Shown piece after piece: positions 38,988-52,935 of a DNA stretch of 64,000 bases. Below the pieces are notes generated by a model. The model was not told where the DNA came from. It did not search any database and worked only from the letters and a program-made list of their open reading frames with translations. Each line of letters opens with the position of its first letter. The first letter of the stretch is position 1. A program made the translations under genes and the position numbers. Source of the DNA: Chrysomallon squamiferum (lineage: Eukaryota > Animalia > Mollusca); contig CM022674.1 in the NCBI GenBank assembly GCA_012295275.1, forward strand, positions 14,074,001-14,138,000, read 5' to 3'.

Positions 38988-41254
38988 TTCTCTCTGACTA
39001 GTAATTTGTGATGTGGGTTACTGCTTCTAGCATACATTCCTTTTTAGAAAGAAAAAAATTGTTTTGCTTTTAACTTATGTGTGATAGACGATTTTATATG
39101 GACATAGATTTATATTTATTTATATGACTTATATAGGTATATGTGATCTTTTTGATTTCAGTATTTTATAACTTATAATTATTATTTCTAAAATTTATGT
39201 ATTTACTTTTTTTTTTTTTTTTTTTTTTGTATCAGATGTGGCAAAATAGAAAAAAAAGAAAAAAAAAAAATACAAAGAAAGAAAAATAGGGAAATCTATC
39301 TTTTGTGCCCTTTTAACTTATTTTTTTCAGGAAATCCTTTTTTATATCACAGTATGAAAACTGGTTAGGTTAGCTTCACTTCAGTTCATACACAGAATCA
39401 TAGTTTGTGTAATAATCATTATCATGACCATGTGACAGAGTTGAACCACTGATCATCAGAATAAACCTTGTTTAGATAATGTTCACATGTGGCTCAGAAT
39501 CAATCTATTAAAATATTTATGACAAAATCTGTCTGCATTAGGTTTATTTATGATTCAGAATCCAAAGAATTCCTGTGATTTTTGACAACACAGAATCCAC
39601 GAGGAACAGCCATGTTACATTTTAATTACACTGTGAGATCACTTAACTCATGGCAACTTAAAAACACAGATGTATTTGGATCAGGTTCAGTTTTGCTTAC
39701 ATGTTGTAACAAACACCTTCATGTCCATTAAAACCTGTAAAAACACTTCATGACTCTTAGCTTTTACATCTGTAGTGATGCCTTTATGTATTTGTAGCAG
39801 AGAAGTAAGTAAATAGTTTATATTTGTTAAATATTTTTGTCAAACGATTTACACAGAGCAAATGTAATTACAAATCAATTTCATCATTCCTTTTGATACG
39901 TTTTTCTTTATTTTTTTAGCTGGAAATTTCTTAAAATAGCTTTTGGACATCTTTTTTTATTTTCCACTTGCAAGATCAGTTCTTGTTTGTTTTTCTACAT
40001 TTCTTACATTGTTTTAATTAACACTGCCAGATATGTTGTTGTGCATGAATTGTTTGTAGATTGTGTAAAAAACAAAAAATAGTTTTTCATAAGTACTGTA
40101 ATTTAACTAGAGCACATTCATTATTTTCAAATCTGTTGAATTTTTTCCCTTTCAGCTTTGTTTGTTTAATATTTTCAGTGCTTTTGTTGTTAGTTCTTAT
40201 TTTTATTTATTTTTTCTTATTTTTTTATTTGTAAATATCATTGCTCAACATCCAAATTATTATTGTTGTCTGTTTTGTTTTTCGGTCAGTATGATTTATA
40301 TCTTTCAGTAGCTCTCATCTTTATCTTCTTTACTCATTTTCCATCCTTTGAATTATAATTGCTATTATTTTATTATTATTTTAAATTTGATGAAATAATA
40401 AATAAAAATATTAATACAAAATGTAATGAGCAGATGTTTTTGAGTTAACTAACATAATATGTATTAACTCCTAACAGCAGATAACTAACAGGTAATGGCA
40501 GGTTACTGACAAGGGGAGATGATTAACATGTAAGGGCAGATAACTTCTTCTAAAGGCAGACAAGTTGTAATTCTACGAACATTTGTTAAATCATGTACAT
40601 AGTGTGTTTTGTGTTTTGTGAAGTGTAAAATGTGTACTACACTACACAACATCCGTCCTGTTTGAGAACGAAATTATTTATTTTATTATAACAATGTGAC
40701 ATGTGTTTAGCTAGAACATTCAATAGCAGCATTTGATTGAATAAACCATTAGAACATGACACAGTGTCTTTATTTCATAACAGTGGTTGTTTTGGTCTCC
40801 TTCGATGTCAGACTTCACTACCAGTTCACTGTGTCTTCTTTCTCTGTATATCTCCATGTTATCCGTTTCCCTTTTTCTGTTTATCTCACTGTTCTCTTAT
40901 ATCTCTTTTTCTCAATATAACTATCTCCATTTCTATATCTCACTGTTCTCTATCTCCCTTTCTATCTATATCTCACTGTTCTCTTTATCTCCTTCTTTCT
41001 ATATGTAATTAAATTTCCATCACTGTGTTGATTTCTGTATCTCTGCATCTCTATTTCTCTCTCAACAATTGATTTGAATACAAACAGGAGAAATGTATCT
41101 ACAGAATCTGTTCTTTGAAGAACTGAAGGAGACATTGGTCTCTTTCAGCACTATGAATGGTAATTACAAGAACAAACATCTGAACAAATCTTCCAGAAAT
41201 AACAAACAAGTACAATAATGGAATTTAAATTTTTTATTTAGAAAAATTGGTTTG

Positions 41255-41286
<32 letters not shown>

Positions 41287-43924
41287 CAAATAATATTTCA
41301 CATTGGCAACAAAAACAAACTGTGAAAAAAAAAAAATAATAAAAAAGACAGAACACATTAGTCATTCACAAACATCTGCAGAAAATAATAAAATTATAAA
41401 TTAATTAACAAAGGTCTTAAAAACACCAACTATCCAAATGAAAATTTAAAAATACTAAGAAATGTTCTAGTTTCTAATAGAAAAACTGAAAAAAACAAGG
41501 GTGGGAATTTGAAAACAAAAACAAAAGAACAACTATATTTTAAATGTACTTTTGAACATAAAAATAACTTCTCTGTGAAATGAAAGATGTCTGGATATTC
41601 CCCAGTATTTTATGTAATAACAATAAAATCTGCATGGCAACCACAACTAGAACAGTGACATTGTTTTAATTGTACTGTGAGACAATTTTAATAATGGCGA
41701 CTTTGGTTTTAAATTTCAAATGTTGTCTTGCTGGTTATGATAAAAACATCTTTTTTAAAATATTTTTTATGACCAATCATGAATGGTAAGCTTAAATCGC
41801 TATACACCAAAATACATTAAACTAGAGTTATTTCCCTTCCTGAATCTGCCATCTTGACAAGAATTTAACTTCAAAAGTCATGTGAAAAACTAATATAATC
41901 TTTTAAATATTCCAGTATATGTTGATAGAAAAATTCCTTTTAATTGATATTACTTCTTCTGAAATAAGAACTACAATTAACACAGAAATCTCTGTTCAAA
42001 TTCATAATCTATTTCCCAATCCAAACATAGGATTATAAATACATATTTCCCTGCCCAAGGGAAGGTTTATCTTTTCTTGCTGTTGATTTTATTTACTGAT
42101 GAAGTCTGACTGATGGAGACATTTTGCATCACATAAGGAATAAACAAATATATTTTAAGACAATTTCAACAATTTATTATTGGTTATTTACTTCAGAAAT
42201 GATAATGCAAGTTTTGTTTAATGATGATATCAAAGTGGAAATATGCACACCTCTTCTCAAGTTACTCTTACCAAACAATGCATTTTTATAACCTCTTCCC
42301 TGAAACAGAAAAACAAACCAGCCCATATCTGGAATGGGAAATAGCCCAATACAACATTTACAAAGACTGAGCCTTTATACAACCACCCTTTTTGGACTTT
42401 ATTATTAGGAAACATCTGACAGCTTGTACTGTTAATACTGAAAAGCCCTCAAGTTGTAATCACAGGAGTGTTTCCATGCATCTTCAGAAGTTAATACATG
42501 TGAGAAGCATGCTGGAAGGTTATAAAAGTGCAGTTTTAATGAAAACACAAATATTAATACTGAAAACACACTGTCCCGAACAGGATTCAACAATGAAGGA
42601 ATGATGGGATGATTTAGGAATGATTTTCTTTTAACAGTAATCATCACAATGTATGATAAGATGATAAAATTATTACTTGTTGAAACACAAAAACTCAAAA
42701 TGAACAAAAATATTCAATGTGGACTGTATAAAATGAGAATTTTAAAAGCAATATCTGAATAAGAAATCAAGTAATTAACAAAAATAAATGAATAAATGAA
42801 AAAAAAAAAAAAAACAACAACAACAATAATAATAATAATAACTGAACAGTTTGTTTTTAAAATGATTTTAAGTTATATACAATAAAATTAAACTTTTGGA
42901 ATCCATCACCAAATTTGAGAAATAGTAAAATTGTCAGATTTGAAAGAAAGAGAAAAATAAAATTGTGAGAGAAGAAAAAACACCTCTTGTTCTTTGTTAA
43001 ACATTCAATATATACACACACTTTAAATGTTATTGTGTTTGGCACTAAAAAGGTGCATATATATATACAAATACAAGTATAAATAAATAAATAAATAAAT
43101 AAAACATATACTCATTTAAATAATTATTAAGTTTTTTCTTTCTTTTATTGTAGTTTTCCTTTTCTTTCTATCTTTATTTTTAAAATAAACATTTTATACT
43201 TCTTTAGAAATTTTGTTTTTTCGTATTTATATTTTGCTATGTCAGGCTCCTTAATAAGCAAATAAACAATAAACAAATAAATAAATAGTCTACTGACTTG
43301 GCATATTCAATGTCATTGATTTCTCCACTGTAAAATATTGATAACTGTATGACATCAAGATATTAGCTTCTACAAAAAAAATCTTGTATTAGATCCATTC
43401 ATTCACTTGTATTACTGTAACAGTTAAAGGAACAATACAAAAAAAAAGTAATAAAAAAAAAAATGTATATATATATTTCTTTTAAATTAAATTAAAAAAA
43501 TAAACAAAACAAAATAAAATAAAATAAATAAATAAATAAATAAAATATTGTCATTAAAAAATTTATTGGGAACCTCGCTACTAACGAGTAATTTGACAAG
43601 CTGATTAATGATTTGTGGTAATATTAAATGTTATGATATCTTTATTTATTCTTTATGGAGAAAATATATTTAAACAAATAAAATAAAATAAAATAAAATG
43701 AAATAGTTCGTCAGTCTGACAAAGCCTAGAACCAAACTACAAGATTAACCCAGATTCGTTAAACGTTCCTTCCAGATTTATTACTGTTATTTATTTATAT
43801 AAGGCACATTCTAAAGGCACAAAGCAACAAGCATAATATGAATGCAGAAAAGAGCGAAAAAAGAAAAGAAGGAAAAAAAAAAAAAAAAGCGTTAAAAGAA
43901 CTATACAAGATCTGATTAGTAGAA

Positions 43925-44015
43925 CAAGCAGACGTCAGTTTTGGCAATAAAGGAGATGTTAAAGCAGTACTTCCGCTCAAAGCGGAAATAATACTTTCCA
44001 ATAGTCGCGTCATTT
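43925..44015. promoter_or_regulatory. Putative promoter-like CpG patch
   Basis: GACGTCA (CRE-like), and ACTTCCG plus GCGGAAAT (inverted ETS-type sites). It lies at the edge of a CpG-depleted domain. Confidence 0.4.
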
Positions 44016-44198
44016 GTCTAAAACAAGTTTTGTTTTAATGTAAATTTATTTAATATAATTTTACAGGAAATATAAAACTGTTATTTATTTATTTAATCAT
44101 TCATTCATTGATTTATAAATTCTTTCTTTTCATATTCAGTTAACTATAATAAATATCTTTATCAAACCGTAAGTTTATTTCAAACATTTCTATTTCTT

Positions 44199-44253
<55 letters not shown>

Positions 44254-44710
44254 TTTAGATATCGTTTTCAATTTTTCATCGTGAAAGCTGAAATTTTTAT
44301 AAATAATATAATTCTTAGGATTTCGTTCACCAAACGCTACTAAGAATAATTTGTTAAAAAGGCACTCTATCTATACAATTAACAGTAAATTAACTATGAA
44401 AGAACAGTGCTTAGAAAGAAAATAATAAATATTTTTTTTTTTTTTTTTTTTAAAAGCAGGCTTTCAAGTCCAGATGCTGTTTTCCTTACGACATCAAAGC
44501 ATTTCCATTCACAGCCTCAGATCATCGTGGTACCCTGCAGATAAAGCGCCAATATTTGAATCCTTCCAGAAGGATAAATATGTAATATATTAATTGTTAC
44601 AAGCAAAAACACTCTTATTTCTTCTTTTGGTTTAAGCAATGAATTTAAAAGAAAATAAGCTGCGTTTTCAGTTGCTGAAGCATACTGTGCAAATTTTGAA
44701 ATAACAATAA

Positions 44711-44742
<32 letters not shown>

Positions 44743-45213
44743 ATAACAACTTGTCTGCGTATCCGCAGATTTTTTTTCTAATTATTATAATTATTTTTAA
44801 AGACTTGTGTAGTTTTCTAAACATAGATGATAATATTATAATTTAACAATCATTTACGTTACGTTGTTTAGATGCTTTTGTCACAGGGTAGAAATATTAA
44901 CAACAATGCAAATGATGGCAGAATGCAATATAACGTCACATTACATAAAACATAATTGCGTAAAGAACTGTTTATGAAAAAATACAAAGGTGGAAATATT
45001 TATGATCATACAAAAATAAATATTGAAGCGGGTTTCATGTTGTTTAAAACATTCCTTGCAAAATATAGAAAAATGTAAAATGGCGATATGATAAGAGGAA
45101 CATATTAAACGTAACAAACAAAAGATGTAAAAATTATGAGGATTACAATTCACAGTGAATAGATTAAACGGAAACAATTTTTATGTTTTGGAATATATTT
45201 CATGGTAAAGAAA

Positions 45214-45244
<31 letters not shown>

Positions 45245-45345
45245 TATAAATAAAGAAAAAAAGTAGTCAAACTACACAACAAACAGTTGCGAAAATAGGT
45301 ACATGTTTTAAACTATTTACATATCAGGTTTCAAGCCCCTCTTAC

Positions 45346-45386
<41 letters not shown>

Positions 45387-45661
45387 GTCAAAACAAAATT
45401 TAAAAAAAGAAAAGCAACAGAAGAAGAAGTTTTGGTTGAGAAACCCCTATAAAGGCACATATTTACATAAACCATTTTCCTACGTAGAGAAGAGAAAAAA
45501 TATCCAAACAAATAAAAAGGTTTAAGTAGCCAGGACAGTTTTTAAAATCCGGGGTTATTATTGCATTTTTCATTTATTTAATTATTTACTTTTTAAAAAT
45601 AAGATTTCAAAATGAAAACAATATTAACAATAGGAAAATAGCATTTCAAAATTACGAAGAA

Positions 45662-46330
45662 CTAACGAAGGGCATCGACGTCACCTTCCTTTGAATTCAA
45701 CATGACGTGTTCCTCAATATTTTGCCATCTCATTACCTTAGGGTCATGTCCATAATTTCTCCTGTTTTGGACTGCGGCGATTCGTTCCCCTGACATCTCG
45801 CTGGCTTTCTTTCTCCACAGAATACAGCCTAATAAGGGAAGGCCTAGCGTGTAGCAAATAACAAAGAGCAGAATAAGGACGCTGTCTGTCCGTATGAGAC
45901 GTATAGTTTTCAGTGGAATACACTTAGCGTGCGATACAACGCTATTGTTAACTTTCTCAATGACCTCCACACACACCATGTAATCCGTGTCTGTCATTAG
46001 ATGTCTCAGCTCGAATTCGTTCACTATTCCGTCCAGTCGGTTAGAAATAAACTTCCCGTAGCTCTGTTCATATCCCACAAACACTGCTTCCAGAGTTCCG
46101 TTCGGCTCGTAGTCTGTAAAGTGCCACGTTATTCGTAGACTGGAAACTGACGCCTCCGCTAGCGTAACGTTCAGATAGTCCGTGACGGAAGACGCCACCG
46201 GAACCGGAAACATGATCAGTAATGGCTGATTTCTGGAGGTAATGCTGACGGTGTCGTTTTGTGACGAGTCGGCTAAAACGACACAGGCCATAAAAAGCGG
46301 AAGTATCACTCGTCGTGCCATCACCCACAT
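45662..46330 (-). CDS. 222-aa type I membrane protein: signal peptide, one fibronectin type III domain, TM helix, short cytoplasmic tail
   Basis: Hydrophobic N-terminus (VILPLFMACVVLA). FN3 hallmarks SSLRITW and FELRHLMTDTDYMVCV. TM VLILLFVICYTLGLPLLGCILW followed by RKK stop-transfer. N-glycosylation sequons NDT, NVT, NGT, NNS. Acceptor tttgtttacag directly precedes the ATG. Confidence 0.88.
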   Translation of the reverse strand: MWVMARRVILPLFMACVVLADSSQNDTVSITSRNQPLLIMFPVPVASSVTDYLNVTLAEASVSSLRITWHFTDYEPNGTLEAVFVGYEQSYGKFISNRLDGIVNEFELRHLMTDTDYMVCVEVIEKVNNSVVSHAKCIPLKTIRLIRTDSVLILLFVICYTLGLPLLGCILWRKKASEMSGERIAAVQNRRNYGHDPKVMRWQNIEEHVMLNSKEGDVDALR

Positions 46331-46347
46331 CTGTAAACAAAAAAAAA

Positions 46348-46452
46348 TTTATAAACAAAATTTTACATTTAAAACAAACAAATATTTATAAACAAAATTT
46401 TACATTTAAAACAAACAAATATTTATAAACAAAATTTTACATTTAAAACAAA
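46348..46452. repeat. 37-bp tandem repeat, ~3 copies, abutting the FN3-gene acceptor
   Basis: TTTATAAACAAAATTTTACATTTAAAACAAACAAATA repeated. Confidence 0.9.
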
Positions 46453-46877
46453 AAGAAAAAAATAATATGTTTTTATTACGATTGTAGAATAAACTCTATG
46501 CTCAAAAGCATAAATATACTTCTGTTATGGTTACAGACTAAATATAGTTTATTATGATTATAAACTAAATTGTATACTTACAAACACTGATATGCTTGTT
46601 TGTTTGTTTATTTATTTATTGCTGTTGTGGTAGTAGTTGTTAGTAAATTAGTTAGTAAAACTGTTTGTATCCTAAACGGAGTAAAGTGAGTTCGGAGTAT
46701 AAAATACACAACAGTTTGTTGAAGAAACACGACATTCGGAACAGAAATATTGATCATGTGAGGTACCATTGTTTTTCTTTTTCATAAAGTGATTGTTTAA
46801 TTTATGTATTCGACTTTTTAGTGATGTTGTCATTGATTACTTGTTACTAACATATCAAGTGTTATTCAACTATACGC

Positions 46878-46912
<35 letters not shown>

Positions 46913-47407
46913 TTATTATTTAATATATATTATATCCTCACACGTTCTAATTAATAGTAGTAGTAGTACAGTGTGATAGTAGTAATAATAGCTGTGACAA
47001 ACAAACAAACAAACAAATAAATAAATAATTAAACAAACATAACAAACAAATAAACATAAATAAATATATCTTCAACAGTCACATAAATAAATAAAATGGA
47101 TAACTCTAGTAGTGTAATGGATAAGGCTATAACAGGTCAGGAAAATGATGATAAAATCAATAGTTAACTACTGGATACACCTCAATGTAAACAATGCGTT
47201 CAGGCATGCACAAGCATCATCCACGAAACTGAACATCGACAAACTGACAGCACTAACTGGAAACAGCGCAGTGAATTACGACTTTAAGTGCAGGATTATA
47301 CTGAATGCGGAGCTGTTTGCTTTTCATTTCACTGTAGTTAACATGAAAGCACAGATTTAAGTGTTATATAATTACATGTATGAGTGTATATTTGGATAGA
47401 GACTGAG

Positions 47408-47511
<104 letters not shown>

Positions 47512-47726
47512 ATCAGTATGTACTACTCAATCTATATGTTATGCAAATAGATATGATATATAACAGCTCGTATAAATAATTAGACACATATCCAGTCATA
47601 TTTTTACATAAATACACAGAAAACATTTAACTACGTACATATCACAGATATTTCAAAGACACATCCAAGCAAAATAGCATATCCATGAATGTATATGTAT
47701 TCTATGTACATATAGCTAAATGTGTA

Positions 47727-47783
<57 letters not shown>

Positions 47784-47813
47784 GACATACACACACACAC
47801 AGATAGATGAAAA

Positions 47814-47849
<36 letters not shown>

Positions 47850-47868
47850 GACAGACATATACACACTA

Positions 47869-47953
<85 letters not shown>

Positions 47954-48007
47954 ACAGAGAATATGAAAGCACACAGTGTGAAGCACACAGTAATGTGTGT
48001 ATATTAC

Positions 48008-48120
48008 CTGCTGGACTGTCCAGTGCTGCTAGCCCCGGCGGCCTGGCTGGTAGGTCTGCACGTGTTCGGTGTGTGTTGTTAACACATCACAGATGTTGCT
48101 TTGTTTATGGCGGTGACTAA
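48008..48120 (-). other. Candidate 5' non-coding exon of the FN3 membrane-protein gene
   Basis: GC-rich island ending in minus-strand donor CAGCAG|gtaata. It is the nearest good donor upstream of the 46330 acceptor. The 5' end is uncertain. Confidence 0.45.
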
Positions 48121-49397
48121 TAGCGTATTATAGAGACACGACAAACAAAACAGCTCAAACTAACCGTTAAATAATGTTATATACTATTACAAAAGCAACA
48201 TCGACAACAACTACTACTACATCTAATACACAAATAAACTATTACAACAGTAACAACGACAACAGCTGCTGGTACTGCTGATACATAAATAATGTAATAC
48301 ACCACTACAACAGTAACAACATCTACTACAACCACGGTAGCTAATATATAAATATTGTAAATATGACTGAATAGCTGTAACAAAGCTGCTACATCCACTT
48401 CCAGTTATAAAATAAATAATATTTGTACTACTACATTGTAACATCAACTGCTGCTACATCAGCTTCTAATATGTGTCATAAAATAGGTAATATTTGTACT
48501 CATACAATTGTTACAACGACTACTACTACGACTACTTCTTATATCACTGTTGTAAAATATATAACGTTTACACTACAACAATTCTTACAACGACTACTAC
48601 TACACCCCTGCCACAGTATGGACAATGTCAGTACCACTGCAGTTACAACAACTGTTATTCCTTCAGCATAAAACACAACTTTACAACTACTTAAAATCCA
48701 CCACTACTACGGCAACAATTACGACTGCTACTGCGACTACTGCTGAACGGTTATTTATTAAAACGGACTCGGGCGTTTCTCTGAACACGAGCGGAAGCTG
48801 AAAAGACTTTCTACGAATGTGTGAGGTTTCTTACAGGGAAGACGTGGAACTAACGCTGCAGTCTGGGTGAGTAACAGAACTCTGCTACTGTAATTACTCC
48901 GTGCAGCGTATCAGGCTCTGCGCAGTTGCAGGAAGCGGTTCTGGCTGGTGCAAATTACCTGTTGAGAAAAGTCAGGTAATACATCAATCCCAGTCTTGTG
49001 TTGAATACTTTTATTTTCGTTTTCCCTCAAGGTTAAACTGGGACTTTGGCGGAAGTAATTTCTGTGTGTGTGTGTATATATATATATATATACACATATA
49101 CAGCTGTTGATTTTTTGTTGTTGTTGATTTTGTTTCCTTTTTTTTGTGTCTGTTTAATTTGTATAACCAAAGGTGCACTTTAAAGAATTAACAATGTATG
49201 TTAATTTTGCATATTAATTTTATTTTATTAATAGTTTTATAATTTTTAGGTTTCAGACAAATACATGACAAAAACGCAAGTAAAACTTTTCATAAACCTA
49301 CTTACTTTCGTAAAACATGCAGATTCGCGTAAATAATTTTGATTCAGATCATCATTAAATATTTTATTTGTAGTTATAGGCAAAACAGTAATTGTGA

Positions 49398-49495
<98 letters not shown>

Positions 49496-51340
49496 TATAA
49501 AGGATCATTTTCACAACATCAAAATTTAATGTTTCACCTCTTTCATACCCGCTGCCTCTCCCTCCCTAATCCTCTCTGCCCCCTCCAGGTTGTTATCGTT
49601 TTATTTAGGATGTATCGACTTAATGATTTAACTTATTTTCACAAGTACGCCAGGGTCGAAGTCACGGTTATACTTGAAGCCCAAACAAACAATTACACAT
49701 CGACTTATTGACGTTTCTTTTTGATTCATTAACGTTTATTAGTTAACTATTACCGTATTGATCCACGTATACGTTCTGTTCAAGGAACAAAGAAAAATGG
49801 AAGATTCTAAACCAGCCGAAACGAAAGGGGTGTACGAAAATATTTTGACATTTTCTACCACTATTTTAATTTATTTACTTATTTATTTTGTTGTTGTTGT
49901 TGTCATTTATTCTTTCTTTTTCTTTTCTATTACGAGAAATGAAAAAAAAAGCTAAGACAAGTTGATTTTGAATAGAAACTCTTACCTCCTTATTCCCTTT
50001 GAAAGATAATTTTAGAATTTCCTTTTAATAAAATGTTTCAACAGCTGGAGGTTGAATAGTTTAAGAACTGCGGGTAAGGGGGGGGGGGCGAAACTAAAAG
50101 CAAAACAAGAAAAAGATTGTTATTATATTTCTGTACGCTTCGTTTCTGTGTAATTTCCACCGCTTTTTACACACTCACCTAGTGAATTAAAAATCAGTGA
50201 TGGAAAAACTGTATGTGGAGAAAATGCAAAAAATGTAATAATTTAAAAATCAATTATTTTTTTCTAAATAAGCGTTTTAAAATTATTTTTTTCTTTTCTT
50301 ACTTTGTTATTTTGTTTTCTTACTTTTTACAAAATGTTTGTTTTAATCATACTTTATTTCTAAAACACAAACACGTGCATGTACCGGCGCATTTCTACAC
50401 GCACGCACAAATATACATATACATACACACACGCATCTATAGCTAATACACAGTAACATACATTTTGATTACCGATACACCACTAATTACATTCGGTATG
50501 TATGTTTGTCCGTGTGTGTTGGGTGTTTTCTCATTTTGTTTATTACCTAACGGTTATAGTCATATTACTTTAAAATTTGATGACAAAAATACTGGTTGGT
50601 GAGTCATCGATCTCTGAAGCTTAATTTACACCGCAAATTGCAATTATTTCATTATTACTATTACCAACTGCATATTTAACGTAATGAGCACTAACCAGTC
50701 GTTATATGTTTTGTAAAGCTGCACATACTTACTTAAATACGCTATAAATAGCACGTTAATTGAACGTACACTAATGAGAACTAAGTCAACTCTGTCTTGT
50801 TAATAAGGTAGCGTACTAATTAATGTGACATGGAAGGCGTACTTAACAAATTTTAGGACACTAAAATTAATTCGACATGCAGGGTCACCGAGTAGTTCAG
50901 TGTTAGAACGATCGCTTGTTGCGTGATCTCTCCAACAATCTTCTACAACTGGGATTTTCCCCATTCCAACCTGTACTCGTGACTGACGATGATGATAATA
51001 ACAGTAACAGTAATAATGATGATGATAATAATAATAGTTGTAGCAACAGTAATAGTAGTAACAATGATGATGATGATGACGACGACGACAACAACAACAG
51101 TAATATTAATAGTACTGGTAACGATCATGATGATGATGATGATAATAACAACAATAATAACAGCAAGAAAAAAGAGAGAAACAAAAAAACGAAAAGAAAT
51201 AAAAGAAACAAATATAAAAACATCAGAGAACTGTATGGCGGGAGAACGTACACTGTAATATTTTATTTTTAATCATGTCTTGTTTACACAGTCATCTAAA
51301 ACTAACTTCTGAAGACAGCTCGCTCAGACGTTAGCAAAAC

Positions 51341-51354
51341 GTTACCATGGTAAC
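51341..51354. promoter_or_regulatory. Perfect palindromic RFX X-box GTTACCATGGTAAC
   Basis: Exact match to the GTTNCCATGGNAAC consensus. Confidence 0.55.
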
Positions 51355-51592
51355 TACATTACAATAACGTGTTGTGCGGCTTTATATGTCTGTCTGTGCG
51401 TCTGTGTGTGTGCATGTGTGTGTATGTGTGTGTGTGTGTGTGTGTATGTGTGTGTGTATGTGTGTGTGTGTGTGCATGTGTGTGTATGTGTGTGTGTGTG
51501 TATGTGTGTGTGTATGTGTGTGTATGTGTGTGTGTGTGTGTATGTGAATACAAGACAGAGGCAGATATAGACACATAGCTGGATGAATGCTT

Positions 51593-51625
<33 letters not shown>

Positions 51626-52133
51626 AACAGACAGAGAGATAAATAAATAAAAAGAATAATTATTGTGATATTTTGAGGATTATGTATCTGTCTGTGTGCG
51701 TGTGTGTGTGTGTGTGCGAGCGTGCGTGTGTGTGCATGTGTGCGTACGTGTGTGTGTGTGAGTGTGCGAGCGTGCGTGTGTGTGTGCATGTGTGCGTACG
51801 TGTGTGTGTGCGTGCGTGCGTGCGTGTGCGTTTGTGTGTGTGTACGTGTAATTTTAAAATGATGTTATAAACGTGGGGCCTTTTCGCCAGGACCAAAAAC
51901 AATAAAAACGGTAACATGTGCGAAAAAGATTAAAGTTTTCTTTTCCACTGATTAAAATAAACTGGTCGATACGTCTACCGCGGAGAAAACGCGACAGATA
52001 CAATTAAAAAAACAGTTATTATGGTCGTCTTTTTTTCACGTACCTGCAGTTTTATAACGATAATTTGATTTATTTAATCAGCACGATCTTATGTGTCTGT
52101 CTGAACGAGACAGAGAGTGTGTTTGTGTGTGTG

Positions 52134-52935
<802 letters not shown>

